Shown: positions 1 to 10,051 of the stretch, piece by piece
How the letters are laid out: each line of letters opens with the position of its first letter
Numbering within the stretch: the first letter of the stretch is position 1
Assembly (NCBI GenBank): GCA_018397055.1
Contig: JAGTQS010000003.1
Coordinates: 1-38,148 of the forward strand
Length of the DNA stretch: 38,148 nucleotides
Direction of reading: 5' to 3'
Source: Candidatus Bathyarchaeota archaeon
GTDB taxonomy: Archaea; Thermoproteota; Bathyarchaeia; Bathyarchaeales; DTEX01
Notes under the pieces: generated by a model
What the model saw: only the letters and a program-made list of their open reading frames with translations
Told to the model about the DNA's origin: nothing
Database searches by the model: none
Translations under genes and position numbers: made by a program

Positions 1-69
1 TACACGTCAATACAGCTTCAAAAACACATGCAACCCAGAACCAAAAATAAAACATAAATTTGCCAAAGT

Positions 70-696
70 TTAGTTATTAAAAAACACGTAGGTTTGTTTA
101 TCAATCGTTATCAAAAGTTTGGTTTTGTCATATAGATTTCTTAACTCATTGTTTGAATATTGGTAATAATACATTCGTTCGCCATGTCCATGAAGCCTGA
201 GGTAAGCCACTTTACCTATGTAAACCGGCATTGACAGAAAAGGATCCGTAACGTGCGAAACGTCTAATTTTTTAAGGGTTATTTTTAATTTTTCTCGAAC
301 TTCAGGTTTTTGCCAAAGAGGACCTCTAGGTTCCCAGACAAAAATAAGGTCATCTCGGACAACATGTTCAAAGAATTTCGCAGCTTCATGTATTCTATCA
401 GGTCTGTAAGTGGCAGGCGTCTGAAACAAAAGAACTTTGGCATCAAGAATGTTACAAATTTCTTTCATAGTATTTAGAGATTCACGAGTTTGTTCGGGGT
501 TCAATTTATGTTTGTGAGTGATGTCTTGATGCGCCTTTACCGTAAACTCGAAACCAGTTGGTGATGTTTCTCTCCATTTTCTTACTGTTTGAGACCTGGG
601 ATATCTATAGAAAGTAATATTTAACTCGACAACGTTAAAAATTTCTTGATACTTTCTCGTGTTAACCGGATATCCGCAACATCCTATTTTAAGCAT
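70..696 (-). CDS. DUF72 (YecE-like) family protein, possibly C-terminally truncated
   Basis: Motifs IGCCG, VELNITFYRYP, FEFTVKAH, LLFQTP, WEPRG, YLRLHG and YVFFNN. Stops immediately after FNN, where homologues normally continue. Confidence 0.85.
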   Translation of the reverse strand: MLKIGCCGYPVNTRKYQEIFNVVELNITFYRYPRSQTVRKWRETSPTGFEFTVKAHQDITHKHKLNPEQTRESLNTMKEICNILDAKVLLFQTPATYRPDRIHEAAKFFEHVVRDDLIFVWEPRGPLWQKPEVREKLKITLKKLDVSHVTDPFLSMPVYIGKVAYLRLHGHGERMYYYQYSNNELRNLYDKTKLLITIDKQTYVFFNN

Positions 697-713
697 GACT
701 ATGGCTCTCAGGC

Positions 714-2801
714 TTAACGCTCTATAGATGTAACGCTTCTATTTTCGAGTTTCTCCAACCTTATAACATGGTCTGCTTTGTCTGCAAAGTTCTCATTGTG
801 CGATACAGCGATTATTTGCTCAACAGTTTTCAGCCGCGAGAGTGATTCTGCTAGACGGTCTATTGAACCGTCTTCTCTACCGAGGCTTTCAGTAGGTTCA
901 TCTAAAAGAAGTAATGGAAGTCCATGTCCAACCTTCCATTGCATGATAAGTTGACCCAACCCTATGCGATATGCAAAAGCCAATAGTGTTCTTTCGCCGC
1001 CTGATAGATTAAAAATGCTTCTCTCGTATCCTTTCTCAACCTCAATGATTGGAGTGTAGTTTTCATCAATTTTTACTGAAAATGTTAACCCCTCGACACT
1101 AGACAGTTCATTCAAAACTTGCTGAACAATTCTTTCAAGATACCTGACAAACTCTGTTCTTATTCTAGGCTGAATGCTTCTGTAAGCTTGTCGAATCTCT
1201 TGGGCATGTGTTATCATCTTGTCTACTTTTTCAAGCCTTGCTTTCTTTTGTTGTGCAATTTTCAGTCTCTCTTCGACGGTTTGTAGCCTTCTAATTATTT
1301 CAGACCTACTTAACTCAATGTTTTGAGATTTATGCTTAAGACTAGAATATTCTTCGTAAGCAACATTGAATTCTTTCTGTGCGTTTTCCAGATCAGTAAT
1401 GTCGAATTCTCTTATTTTTGAACGAAGCGAAACTAGCTCATCTTCAAACATTTTCTCGTCTTTTTGGCTCTGCTCCAAACGACGTTTCGTGTCCTCCAAA
1501 ATTTTTTTCTCTTCACCCATCTGTCTGGTAATTTCTTCAACACGAGCTTGAATGTTCTGAAAATTTTGAATAACAGTTTCAATGACGGATCTAACATTCT
1601 CGTGTTTCTCTGTCATTTTTTCAATATTCGTAAGTTGTTGCTTGTTCTCTGATATTTCATCGTACAGTCTTTGGATCAGTCTTTCTTTATAGCTAGGTTC
1701 AAGAATTTGGAGGCATAAAGGACAAGTGTTTTCCTTGATGAGATTTGATATTCGTGCAGTTGCCTTGCTAATGTCTGATTTTAGACTTTCCTCTTTACCC
1801 AGGTTTCCTTGTATCTCCACTTGTAATGTCTTGATAAAATCTAACAGCTTTTCGATTGAAAGTTCAGGAGGCAACCCAACATCTCTTAATTTATCTTGGC
1901 AGGAGCGTATCTGAGAATTTTGAACCTCAAGACGTTTTTCCAAATCCTCAAGTCTTTCCTTACGTTTTTGAATCTCTTCAGCAAGTCTAAGATTGGATTG
2001 TTGAATGCCAGTATATTTTGATTGAAGAATTGATTCTTCTCTGCGAAGTTGTTCGTTTGTTCGACGAATAGTTTCTAAGGTCTTTAGACGTTCTGAAGCT
2101 CGATTATATCTTTCTTCAGCTTCAAAGAGCATTTTTTTAGTTTCTTCAGCTTCTTTCTCTTTTATTTCAAGCTCTTTTAATGCCTCCTGATGTCGGCTCA
2201 TTATCTCTTCGAATCCTGTAACATCAGCATCTCGCTGTAAGATTGTTAATTCCTTTTCGAGTCCTGTAATAACTGGTCTAAAGTTTATCCATGCAATTTC
2301 GTAGTCTGAAAGGTTAAAAAGTTGATCAAGCTTTTTTTGCCTTTCAATAGGAGACATATTTAAAACGTCTTTTAGGTGTTCTTGACGCATCCACAAAATT
2401 TCCCTAAAAATTTCTTTGTCGAAACCTATAATCGAAAACAACTGCTCAGCGACTGCTTCGCTTTTCATTTCAGCAATGACGTTTCCTTCCTCTTTAAGCG
2501 TAAGTTGTTCCATATTTTGGCTGATACGTTCGTTTTGTCTCTTCAACGCTCTTTGGATAACGTATTCTTTTCCATTTTTGAAAAATTTTAAGGTGACTTT
2601 ACCATATTCTGCCTCTTCTCGAAGAAGATAATCGTAGCTTCTGCTGATTGGTTCACCAAAAAATGCAAAGTCGATTGCGTATAAAATGCTGGATTTTCCT
2701 GTCCCCAGCCCTCCAATAAGACAATTAAACCCTTCTCCAAAATTTATGCAAGTTTTTATATGAGACCTTATGTTTTCGAGTTCTATACATTCAATTTTCA
2801 A
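714..2801 (-). CDS. rad50: DNA double-strand break repair ATPase Rad50 (SbcC/SMC-like)
   Basis: Walker A GGLGTGKSS, coiled coils with central CPLC zinc hook, signature LSGGE, Walker B LLLLDEPT, H-loop VSH; overlaps mre11 by 4 nt. Confidence 0.93.
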   Translation of the reverse strand: MKIECIELENIRSHIKTCINFGEGFNCLIGGLGTGKSSILYAIDFAFFGEPISRSYDYLLREEAEYGKVTLKFFKNGKEYVIQRALKRQNERISQNMEQLTLKEEGNVIAEMKSEAVAEQLFSIIGFDKEIFREILWMRQEHLKDVLNMSPIERQKKLDQLFNLSDYEIAWINFRPVITGLEKELTILQRDADVTGFEEIMSRHQEALKELEIKEKEAEETKKMLFEAEERYNRASERLKTLETIRRTNEQLRREESILQSKYTGIQQSNLRLAEEIQKRKERLEDLEKRLEVQNSQIRSCQDKLRDVGLPPELSIEKLLDFIKTLQVEIQGNLGKEESLKSDISKATARISNLIKENTCPLCLQILEPSYKERLIQRLYDEISENKQQLTNIEKMTEKHENVRSVIETVIQNFQNIQARVEEITRQMGEEKKILEDTKRRLEQSQKDEKMFEDELVSLRSKIREFDITDLENAQKEFNVAYEEYSSLKHKSQNIELSRSEIIRRLQTVEERLKIAQQKKARLEKVDKMITHAQEIRQAYRSIQPRIRTEFVRYLERIVQQVLNELSSVEGLTFSVKIDENYTPIIEVEKGYERSIFNLSGGERTLLAFAYRIGLGQLIMQWKVGHGLPLLLLDEPTESLGREDGSIDRLAESLSRLKTVEQIIAVSHNENFADKADHVIRLEKLENRSVTSIER

Positions 2802-4006
2802 AGTCTCTCCTCCAAAAGTAATGTTGCCTTTTCTTCATTCCCCCTCACTAAAAGCTGAAGTAAATCAAGAGCTAAATTAGCAATTTTTTCCGCATCCTCA
2901 TCTTTATATCTTTGTAAAAAGAATTGGCGGAAATACTCGAATGACCTTGTTCTTAAATCCTTCATTTCGCCCTCAAAAATAGAACGTATTGTATCTTCGG
3001 GAATGTCTGTTTCCTTTAAACTAACTAGAACATGAACCAAGAGAGCTTTCTCAGCAGCTTCTCTAATCTTGGCAAAGTCAATTTGTCTACGGCTAGATTC
3101 CCTTGGTAAAGTTCCTTTTAACACGGGAACAATTATGGCTCCAGGCTCATCTGCCTCTCTAACTGCCTCAACAGCTAACTCGGTGATTTTTTGTGGCATA
3201 AGATCTGTACAATCTTTCTCAAGGATTTTGAATAGACGGGGTGTTTCAAGTTTGATCCTCGTTACCTCAATGTCGTTCTTTTTTCGTACAGTTACGTGAT
3301 AGAACCCCTTTTCTACCGTTGCGTCTTCGTAGCTAACTGTTTCCGTTGCACCACTATAGGCAAGCAAAGCTCTTTTAAAGGGGAACTGCCAAGGCCTATG
3401 AAGGTGGCCCCCAGCATAATAGTCAAATCCACTTGGAATGAAGTCAGGTGAAGCCTCCGCAAAATATACTGGCATTCCTTTCATAATTTCTGGCACATCA
3501 AGAGCCATGTGAAAAACAAAAATGTTGAATGCATCCAGTCTAGGTTTAGGCTTTTTCATTTCGTAAAAGATTGGTAATTGAGCTTCTGTGCGAAAACGGG
3601 TTCGGAAGTTTGGAATTCCGTAAATGTAACAGTTACCATTATCCCAGCATGCTCCTTCATGTCTAGGCAAATAGTAGAGAAGACCAGCGCTGTCTAATGG
3701 ATTAAGAATCGTTCCAGTAATTATGTTTGGAGCAGCATCATGAGACCCATCGACAGCAAACACGCGTATGCCTGCAGAATTGATTTTCTTGAAACCTTTG
3801 ATAGCGCTTTCTAATGTTGCGTTTGAGGGACGTGCTTGATGAAAAAGGTCTCCTGCTATAATCATGAAATCAGGTTTCAACTCAATCGTCTTATCTATAA
3901 CTTCGTGGAAGGCTCGGTCAAAATCTTCTCTTCTAGCTGCCATATTATACTGTTCGTAGCCCAAATGAAGGTCAGCAACATGTACAAAGCTAAAAGGCTT
4001 CAACAC
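2798..4006 (-). CDS. mre11: DNA double-strand break repair nuclease Mre11 (SbcD-like)
   Basis: Calcineurin-like phosphoesterase motifs DLHLG, GDLFH, GSHD, FHM and GGHLH; directly upstream of rad50. Confidence 0.93.
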   Translation of the reverse strand: MLKPFSFVHVADLHLGYEQYNMAARREDFDRAFHEVIDKTIELKPDFMIIAGDLFHQARPSNATLESAIKGFKKINSAGIRVFAVDGSHDAAPNIITGTILNPLDSAGLLYYLPRHEGACWDNGNCYIYGIPNFRTRFRTEAQLPIFYEMKKPKPRLDAFNIFVFHMALDVPEIMKGMPVYFAEASPDFIPSGFDYYAGGHLHRPWQFPFKRALLAYSGATETVSYEDATVEKGFYHVTVRKKNDIEVTRIKLETPRLFKILEKDCTDLMPQKITELAVEAVREADEPGAIIVPVLKGTLPRESSRRQIDFAKIREAAEKALLVHVLVSLKETDIPEDTIRSIFEGEMKDLRTRSFEYFRQFFLQRYKDEDAEKIANLALDLLQLLVRGNEEKATLLLEERL

Positions 4007-4212
4007 TAACTCCTCATACAGGAATTATTCAACAATTCAAAAATAGATAACAATACTTAATATGCATTGTTTTCTGTGCAATATATTATCTTAATTAACT
4101 CATCTTCAATAATTAGTTATAATGAAGCTCTAGTATAGTTATCAAAAAGAACTTTTAAATATCAAAGTTCGGCAATAGAATTTTTAAATTTCTATGAGTT
4201 AACCTTCCTTAC

Positions 4213-5190
4213 CTAAAAATTTTTTATTTCACTTGCAAGAATGCTTAGTTTGAATGTTTTCTTTCCATTTTCGCTTAACTGATATTCATAAATTGGCTCG
4301 AGAACTGCTTGGTCAAATGAAAATTCTTTATTACATTTTTTGCAAATGACAACAATTGCTGGAATATTAAAAAGATGCCCATACACGCATTTGTAACAAT
4401 TGCTGATCTTTCGGTAGTCCACGCCTACCATCTTAAGCTCTTTCGTACACTTAGGGCACAAAAGAGAAAAATTGCCTTTTTCAAATTCTGACTCAAAACC
4501 AATATATCCACATGTAAAGTGTTCAATAGCCTCTCCGCTTTTTATAAGCCTACTGCCACAATCGGGGCATTTTACATTTATTGAAATTACCAAAGAATTG
4601 CAGGCTGGACAAGCTATAATTGAATGTGTCGGTTCCTTTTTTAGTAAGCCTTTCTCCGACATTTTATCTAAAGTTGAAAAAAGGGCAGATAATGGAATTT
4701 GAACGTTAGGTATTACTTGAGGTGTCCCCACAACATCAACCCTTATGGTTGAGTTTTCTGATAAGACTCTGTATATCTCTTTCGCTGTATCGATGTCGAT
4801 GTTTTTTGGAAGCGCCGACTCCAGAAGTATTTCATTTATACTCTCACTTAGACGTTTAGTTGGAATGTTGTCTTTAACAATATAGTCTTTAACCCCAAGC
4901 TTCATTGCTTCAACAGCAATTTCTTCATTACCTTTGCTTGTAACAAAAATTATTGGTTTTTGATAACGTTGCCTTCGTAATTCTCTGAGAATTTCTAAAC
5001 CAGTCATATCTGGAAGCTTATAATCAAGTATAATGATATCAAAATTTTCTTTTTTAATATTTTCAATTCCTTCTTTTCCAGTTTTTGATACCGTTAATTT
5101 GAAATCAACAGCGAGGTGTTTCTTTAAAGAATGTTCTAAAATAAAATGATCATCTGGATTATCCTCAACATAAAGTATGTTGAGCTGCAA
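4213..5190 (-). CDS. Response regulator: REC domain plus multi-zinc-ribbon output domain (TackOD1-like)
   Basis: N-terminal receiver (VEDN, ILDYKLPD, VTS, YIVK); C-terminal CPAC, CPDC, HFTC, CPKC, GVDY, C-x3-H and CKKC array. Confidence 0.85.
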   Translation of the reverse strand: MQLNILYVEDNPDDHFILEHSLKKHLAVDFKLTVSKTGKEGIENIKKENFDIIILDYKLPDMTGLEILRELRRQRYQKPIIFVTSKGNEEIAVEAMKLGVKDYIVKDNIPTKRLSESINEILLESALPKNIDIDTAKEIYRVLSENSTIRVDVVGTPQVIPNVQIPLSALFSTLDKMSEKGLLKKEPTHSIIACPACNSLVISINVKCPDCGSRLIKSGEAIEHFTCGYIGFESEFEKGNFSLLCPKCTKELKMVGVDYRKISNCYKCVYGHLFNIPAIVVICKKCNKEFSFDQAVLEPIYEYQLSENGKKTFKLSILASEIKNF

Positions 5191-5220
5191 ACATATTCAC
5201 TTCAAATACTTAATTTTTCA

Positions 5221-5664
5221 TTAACTAGGAATTTTAGAAATTATCAACCAATATTGCTTTATTTCCACAACAGTCTTTATAAATTTCTCAAAACTTACAG
5301 GTTTCACAATATAATTGTTGCATCCTAATTTATATGCATTGGTAATGTCCTTTTCACTTTCAGACGAAGTTAAAACAATAACAGGTATACTTCTTAGATT
5401 TTCATCAGTTTTTATTTCCTTTAAAACTTCGAAACCGTTGCATCGAGGCATTTTCAAATCCAATAAAATCAAGGCTGGTGTTGGAGCGTTCTTATGTTTT
5501 CCCCTTTTTCTAAGAAAATCCATTGCTTCTTGTCCATCCTGGACCACATAAAGCTTGTTATATATATTTCCCATAATGAAAGCACGTTTTGTAATCATTA
5601 TATCATCTGGATTATCCTCTACAAGTAAAAATGGATATTCGGAATGTGAAGTAATTTCAGTCAT
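5221..5664 (-). CDS. Stand-alone response regulator (Rcp1-like receiver)
   Basis: LLVEDNPDD, ILLDLKMP, IPVIVLTSS, AYKLGCNNYIVKPV and the terminal YW typical of Rcp1-type receivers. Confidence 0.92.
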   Translation of the reverse strand: MTEITSHSEYPFLLVEDNPDDIMITKRAFIMGNIYNKLYVVQDGQEAMDFLRKRGKHKNAPTPALILLDLKMPRCNGFEVLKEIKTDENLRSIPVIVLTSSESEKDITNAYKLGCNNYIVKPVSFEKFIKTVVEIKQYWLIISKIPS

Positions 5665-5683
5665 ATCTCATAACCTGAATTAT

Positions 5684-6958
5684 CTAATTTAAATTTGTAT
5701 TGTCTACATTTAGGTTTTTTGGCAATAACAGATAAAACGTACTTCCTTTACCAACTTCACTTTCGACCCAAACCTTTCCTCCAAAATGATCAGCGATCTT
5801 CTTACAAATAGCTAATCCAGCTCCCGTTCCCTCGTATTCATCTTCTTTGTGTAGTCTTTCAAAAATTTTGAATAATCGATCAAAGTATTTCTTGTCAATG
5901 CCAATGCCATTATCCTTAACTTTAAACAAGTACTCGTTTTCTTTTTCTTCGCATGATATCTCAACTGTTGGCTTTTCTGACTGGTTAAACTTTAGACCAT
6001 TATCAATGAGGTTCATGAAAAATTGTTTTATCCAAACTCGTTGAGTCCGAATTTTAGGTAAATTATCATATTTCACTACGCCGTTACGTTTTTTTATAAT
6101 AGGCTCTAAATCAATGATGATTTCATCAATTAGCTGATTCATGTTAACTTCTTCCACGTTCGTATATTTTCTTCCAACCCTAGACAAAAGAAGCAAATCC
6201 TCAATCATAGCATCCATATTCGAAACCGCGTTAACAATTCTTCGTATGTATTCTTGAGCGTTTTCGTCAAGTTTATCTTTATAATCTTCTGCGAGAAATG
6301 TGCTAAAAGCCTTGATCGCTCGGAGAGGCGCTCTTAAGTCATGAGATACTATATATGTGTAATTTTCTAAATCAGCATTAGATTGTTGAAGTGTCCTATT
6401 TGCTTCTTCAACTTCCTCTTTTAACTTCGCAAGTTCTATACACTTCTGTTCTAAAGATTTGTTAGCTTCTCGTAATGCTTCTTCTGATCTTCTTAAAGAT
6501 TCTTCAGCCTCTCTTAGTTCAGTAATATCTCTCGAAATCCCAGCAATTCCAATAATTATCCCATTCTTATCCCTAATAGGTACTTTGGTACAAGTTACCC
6601 ATCTAAATTTCCCATCAGCTCTCCTAATTCTTTCAATCTTACCTACAACAGGAATCCCAGTTGCAACGATCCTTTGCTCATCTTCCCAGGCATCTTTGGC
6701 ATGTTCTGGAGTGAAAAAATCAAAATCAGTCTTCCCATATGCTTCTTTTGAATTTTTAACACCCAAAATCTCACATTGGGCTTTATTTATAAGAATAAAA
6801 CGCGATTTTTCATCCTTAAAATATATTGTATCAGGTATATTATCCATCAATACTTGAAGCAGATCTAGCTCTTTAAATCGACTCGACACAATTTCCAACA
6901 AATCTTTTTCTTTTGAATATCTTGAGGATCTATGCATCGCATTTTCTCCATTAAACAA
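5684..6958 (-). CDS. Cytoplasmic PAS/PAC sensor histidine kinase
   Basis: PAS (DNIPDTIYFKD...GKTDFDFF), PAC (GISRDITE), coiled coil, H-box VSHDLRAPL, N-box NLIDNGLKF, G-boxes DNGIG and GTGAGL; no transmembrane segment. Confidence 0.93.
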   Translation of the reverse strand: MFNGENAMHRSSRYSKEKDLLEIVSSRFKELDLLQVLMDNIPDTIYFKDEKSRFILINKAQCEILGVKNSKEAYGKTDFDFFTPEHAKDAWEDEQRIVATGIPVVGKIERIRRADGKFRWVTCTKVPIRDKNGIIIGIAGISRDITELREAEESLRRSEEALREANKSLEQKCIELAKLKEEVEEANRTLQQSNADLENYTYIVSHDLRAPLRAIKAFSTFLAEDYKDKLDENAQEYIRRIVNAVSNMDAMIEDLLLLSRVGRKYTNVEEVNMNQLIDEIIIDLEPIIKKRNGVVKYDNLPKIRTQRVWIKQFFMNLIDNGLKFNQSEKPTVEISCEEKENEYLFKVKDNGIGIDKKYFDRLFKIFERLHKEDEYEGTGAGLAICKKIADHFGGKVWVESEVGKGSTFYLLLPKNLNVDNTNLN

Positions 6959-7098
6959 GATGTTTGTTTTTCTCGTTTTTTGTGATGATGTAGTTCTAGT
7001 TCATTTAAGAATTATGAATATTAAATATATTTTATTTTTATATATTATATTGACAAATAAAAATTTTTTATTCAAGATAATTAATATTTATTCTTATA

Positions 7099-8361
7099 AT
7101 GTTTTACCCTTTAATATTTTCGGTTGCTTTTCAATTCCTTGAAGAATTTGTACAATGGCTTAGGAATTTGACAATCTCAGAATTTGTCTTCATATTTTGG
7201 CCAATGTTGATTGTAGATTTTGTTCGGTCAGTTGGAAAATCATTGTTTCTTTTATCTATTGCTTTATATTATAAAATTCGTCCAACACGATTTAGGAACG
7301 ATTTTTTCCCAAAGGCGTCTCTCATTATTCCAGCGCACAATGAGGAAAAAATAATTGTTAATGCAATAGAATCTGCACTTGAAACAGATTATCCACAAAA
7401 AGAAATTATTGTTGTAGACGATGGATCAAAAGATAAAACTTTTCAGCTAGCATATCCCTACTTTCAAAAGGGCCTTATCAAACTTCTTCACAGAGATGTA
7501 GCAAGCGGTTCCAAGGCGACATCTTTGAATTTTGGTCTTATTTTTGCTACAGGAGAAATCATAGTGGTAGTAGATGCAGACACACTGCTTGAACGGAATG
7601 CGTTAAGGGAAATCGTAAAACCATTAAGCGATCCTGACATCAGTGCTGTTTCTGGAAATGTTCGAGTCTTAAAGGGTGAAAATGGATCTAATAATCTATT
7701 AGTTAAATTACAAGCTTATGAATATCTCATTTCACTAGAACTGGGACGCCGATTTAATTCAATAATGAAAACTTTGTTAATTATTTCCGGGGCCTTTGGT
7801 GCCTTTTGGAAAGAAAGTGTATATTCTATTGGCGAATACGACAAGGATACCATAACAGAGGATTTCGACATGTCATTTAAAATGAGAAAGTTGGGCAAGA
7901 AATTATATTTTGAGGATAAGGCAATTTCTTGGACCTTTGCACCTGAGTCTTGGAAGAATTGGAGGCGTCAACGAATAAGATGGACTAAGGGTCAAGCTGA
8001 AACACTTTGGAAACACAGAAATGTGATGTTTAAAAAAGGCTTCGATGTCAGGTTCTTTATGGCGTTTTTCGATATGCTGTTTATGGACATTATCCTTCTT
8101 TTTATGCGGTTTGGATGGTTTAATTACATGCTTTTTACTTATCAAACGAGATTTATTTATATCTTAATTTTCAGCTTCATGATTTACATGGTTTTTGAGT
8201 TTATAACAATCTTTACTGCTGGCGTTTTGTCTCCCAGAAAAAAAGACCTCAAAAAAATATATCTTGTTCCAGTAGTAGTTCTATTTTATAGGCCATATTA
8301 TGCGTTAATTCGGTTAAAAGCATATTTCGATTGGATGCTTAAAAAGAAAAGCCAATGGTAA
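7099..8361 (+). CDS. Processive membrane glycosyltransferase family 2 (PgaC/IcaA/cellulose-synthase-like)
   Basis: IPAHNEE, VVDDGS, VVDAD, TEDFD and QRIRW (D,D,D,QxxRW set); N- and C-terminal hydrophobic helices. Confidence 0.9.
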   Translation: MFYPLIFSVAFQFLEEFVQWLRNLTISEFVFIFWPMLIVDFVRSVGKSLFLLSIALYYKIRPTRFRNDFFPKASLIIPAHNEEKIIVNAIESALETDYPQKEIIVVDDGSKDKTFQLAYPYFQKGLIKLLHRDVASGSKATSLNFGLIFATGEIIVVVDADTLLERNALREIVKPLSDPDISAVSGNVRVLKGENGSNNLLVKLQAYEYLISLELGRRFNSIMKTLLIISGAFGAFWKESVYSIGEYDKDTITEDFDMSFKMRKLGKKLYFEDKAISWTFAPESWKNWRRQRIRWTKGQAETLWKHRNVMFKKGFDVRFFMAFFDMLFMDIILLFMRFGWFNYMLFTYQTRFIYILIFSFMIYMVFEFITIFTAGVLSPRKKDLKKIYLVPVVVLFYRPYYALIRLKAYFDWMLKKKSQW

Positions 8362-8548
8362 TTAGAAACAAAAAACATAGATACAGGTCTTTTCTGGAAA
8401 AGTTGGGATTGATGCTGTACAAACGTGTCTCTTCGAGTTGCAAAGAACATTTTACGATGAAGGGAGAAAAAATGTTAAGGAAGACTTCAAGGGGAGTTCA
8501 GCGTATTTCACTAAGTCATAACGCAGGAAAGTCCACTGAATCCAAGAA

Positions 8549-9925
8549 CTACTTAACTTGATAAAACCCTTTAAGGTTGTCAAGAACGATTTTTGCGGGT
8601 TCCTCTTGGTTTCTAATTTTTAGGATAAGGTTTAACCCATCAATTTTGGCTTTTTCAGGAATATGTAATAAAAAACGTTGATTAGCCCAGTAACGTAATG
8701 TGAATGATTTCCTCGCAACCACTCGGCGTTCAACTTCAATTGACACATCAATTTCTACATCGCCCTTACCACGGTTAATGGCATCAAAGGTGAGGTGAGA
8801 TATAGGGCAATCTCCATTGAACTTTATGAATCTACTTAAGGTTGCTTCCTTCTTTCCCACTGGAACTTCCCAAATAGCGGAGCCCTTGCCTTCGGTTATG
8901 CCTTCTGGATAAGCTATTTTTTCAAGGTTTCCATTTATCCATGTGCCTTCACTTTTATATGGTTTGAGAGTCCCTTCATTAACGTGCCATGTTTTTAAGT
9001 CTTCATCTTCGAAGTTGCCAAGTAATATGCCAGGTGTATAGGGCCACAAAGCATCTTCAGAAATGGACATCCACTGGCTTTCTGCATTGAAGTCTTCTTT
9101 GTACATCTTTAGTAATAACTTCATGTCTACTGGAATAATGTAGACTACGCTTTTGAAACGTGGATTTGCCTTTCCAGTGTCTGTTTCAGAAGCTACATCG
9201 CTGTGTAAGCACGGTCCCCATCGAATACCAACATGATAAGCGTTTTCGCTAGCTACCAAAATCATATATGCGCTGCTGCCCGCAACCCAACCAACCAGCG
9301 GTAAAGCCAAGTCATTTGAGGAAGACCAGCTTAGACTGGAGTCAGCATGTTTCGCGGTTCTGAAGAGCTGAATCCAAGGTCCTCCATCGTCACTTCCTTG
9401 ATGATACTCAGATCGGCCACGTTCCGCATCTGAGATCCAGCTGAAACCTTTACCTTCGAAGAAAGCGAAGGACTTTCGGGCCATCTCAAATGGAGGGTGA
9501 TTCTCGTCTGAGAACTGGTGGCTCATGAAGCAAGTGTTGAACGCAGTCAACTTTACATTCGAAGGCAATTCTAGCATTTCACCCTCAATCTTCACCCTTA
9601 AGTGTTCAGATGTAAACTTCAACTTGAGCAAGTAAGGTAGCCCATCCAGATTGTTAAGATTTCCACGTAACACGAGTTCCAGAGTGTTCTCAGACCTCTT
9701 TTTCTTAATGCTTGTGACATTACAGTATGGGAGTAGATGTCGGCCATCCCAGAGTTTTATGCCAACTTGCTCCATGTTAAAATCGAGCTCAGGTCTCGAA
9801 GGAAACAGATTGGAAGTCATCTTTACAGAACACGTCTCATTCTTCCTGTGCTCAACGAGCAACAACTCAATAGGGCAGCCTTTATTTCGAAACAAATTAT
9901 TACCTCGCACAACCACCTTTTCCAT
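8549..9925 (-). CDS. Hypothetical protein (458 aa); C-terminal part resembles a carbohydrate-binding/jelly-roll module
   Basis: Long ORF with protein-like composition. The NFEDEDL..W and IVLDNL ends are reminiscent of galactose-binding-like domains (weak). Confidence 0.7.
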   Translation of the reverse strand: MEKVVVRGNNLFRNKGCPIELLLVEHRKNETCSVKMTSNLFPSRPELDFNMEQVGIKLWDGRHLLPYCNVTSIKKKRSENTLELVLRGNLNNLDGLPYLLKLKFTSEHLRVKIEGEMLELPSNVKLTAFNTCFMSHQFSDENHPPFEMARKSFAFFEGKGFSWISDAERGRSEYHQGSDDGGPWIQLFRTAKHADSSLSWSSSNDLALPLVGWVAGSSAYMILVASENAYHVGIRWGPCLHSDVASETDTGKANPRFKSVVYIIPVDMKLLLKMYKEDFNAESQWMSISEDALWPYTPGILLGNFEDEDLKTWHVNEGTLKPYKSEGTWINGNLEKIAYPEGITEGKGSAIWEVPVGKKEATLSRFIKFNGDCPISHLTFDAINRGKGDVEIDVSIEVERRVVARKSFTLRYWANQRFLLHIPEKAKIDGLNLILKIRNQEEPAKIVLDNLKGFYQVK

Positions 9926-10051
9926 TCACATATATTTAAATATCCAACAACGAATCCAAAAATTCGTCCATTCTAACCTAGAATCGATTACGAATCTTAG
10001 ATCAAAAAAGTTGATGCCTATTAATTGTTTTTCTTAAAAATGGGCGTTTCT

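Noticed and set aside
714..2801. Short Rad50 (695 aa) without adjacent herA/nurA as a novel system
   Set aside because: All motifs and the zinc hook are intact. Coiled-coil length and herA/nurA linkage vary among archaea.
8355..8561. 68-aa ORF between the GT2 gene and the hypothetical protein
   Set aside because: It overlaps both neighbours and has no motif, so it cannot be supported.
4007..10051. Integrated element with att sites at the tRNA-Met 3' end
   Set aside because: No integrase in the region, and I saw no duplicated tRNA 3' end by eye.
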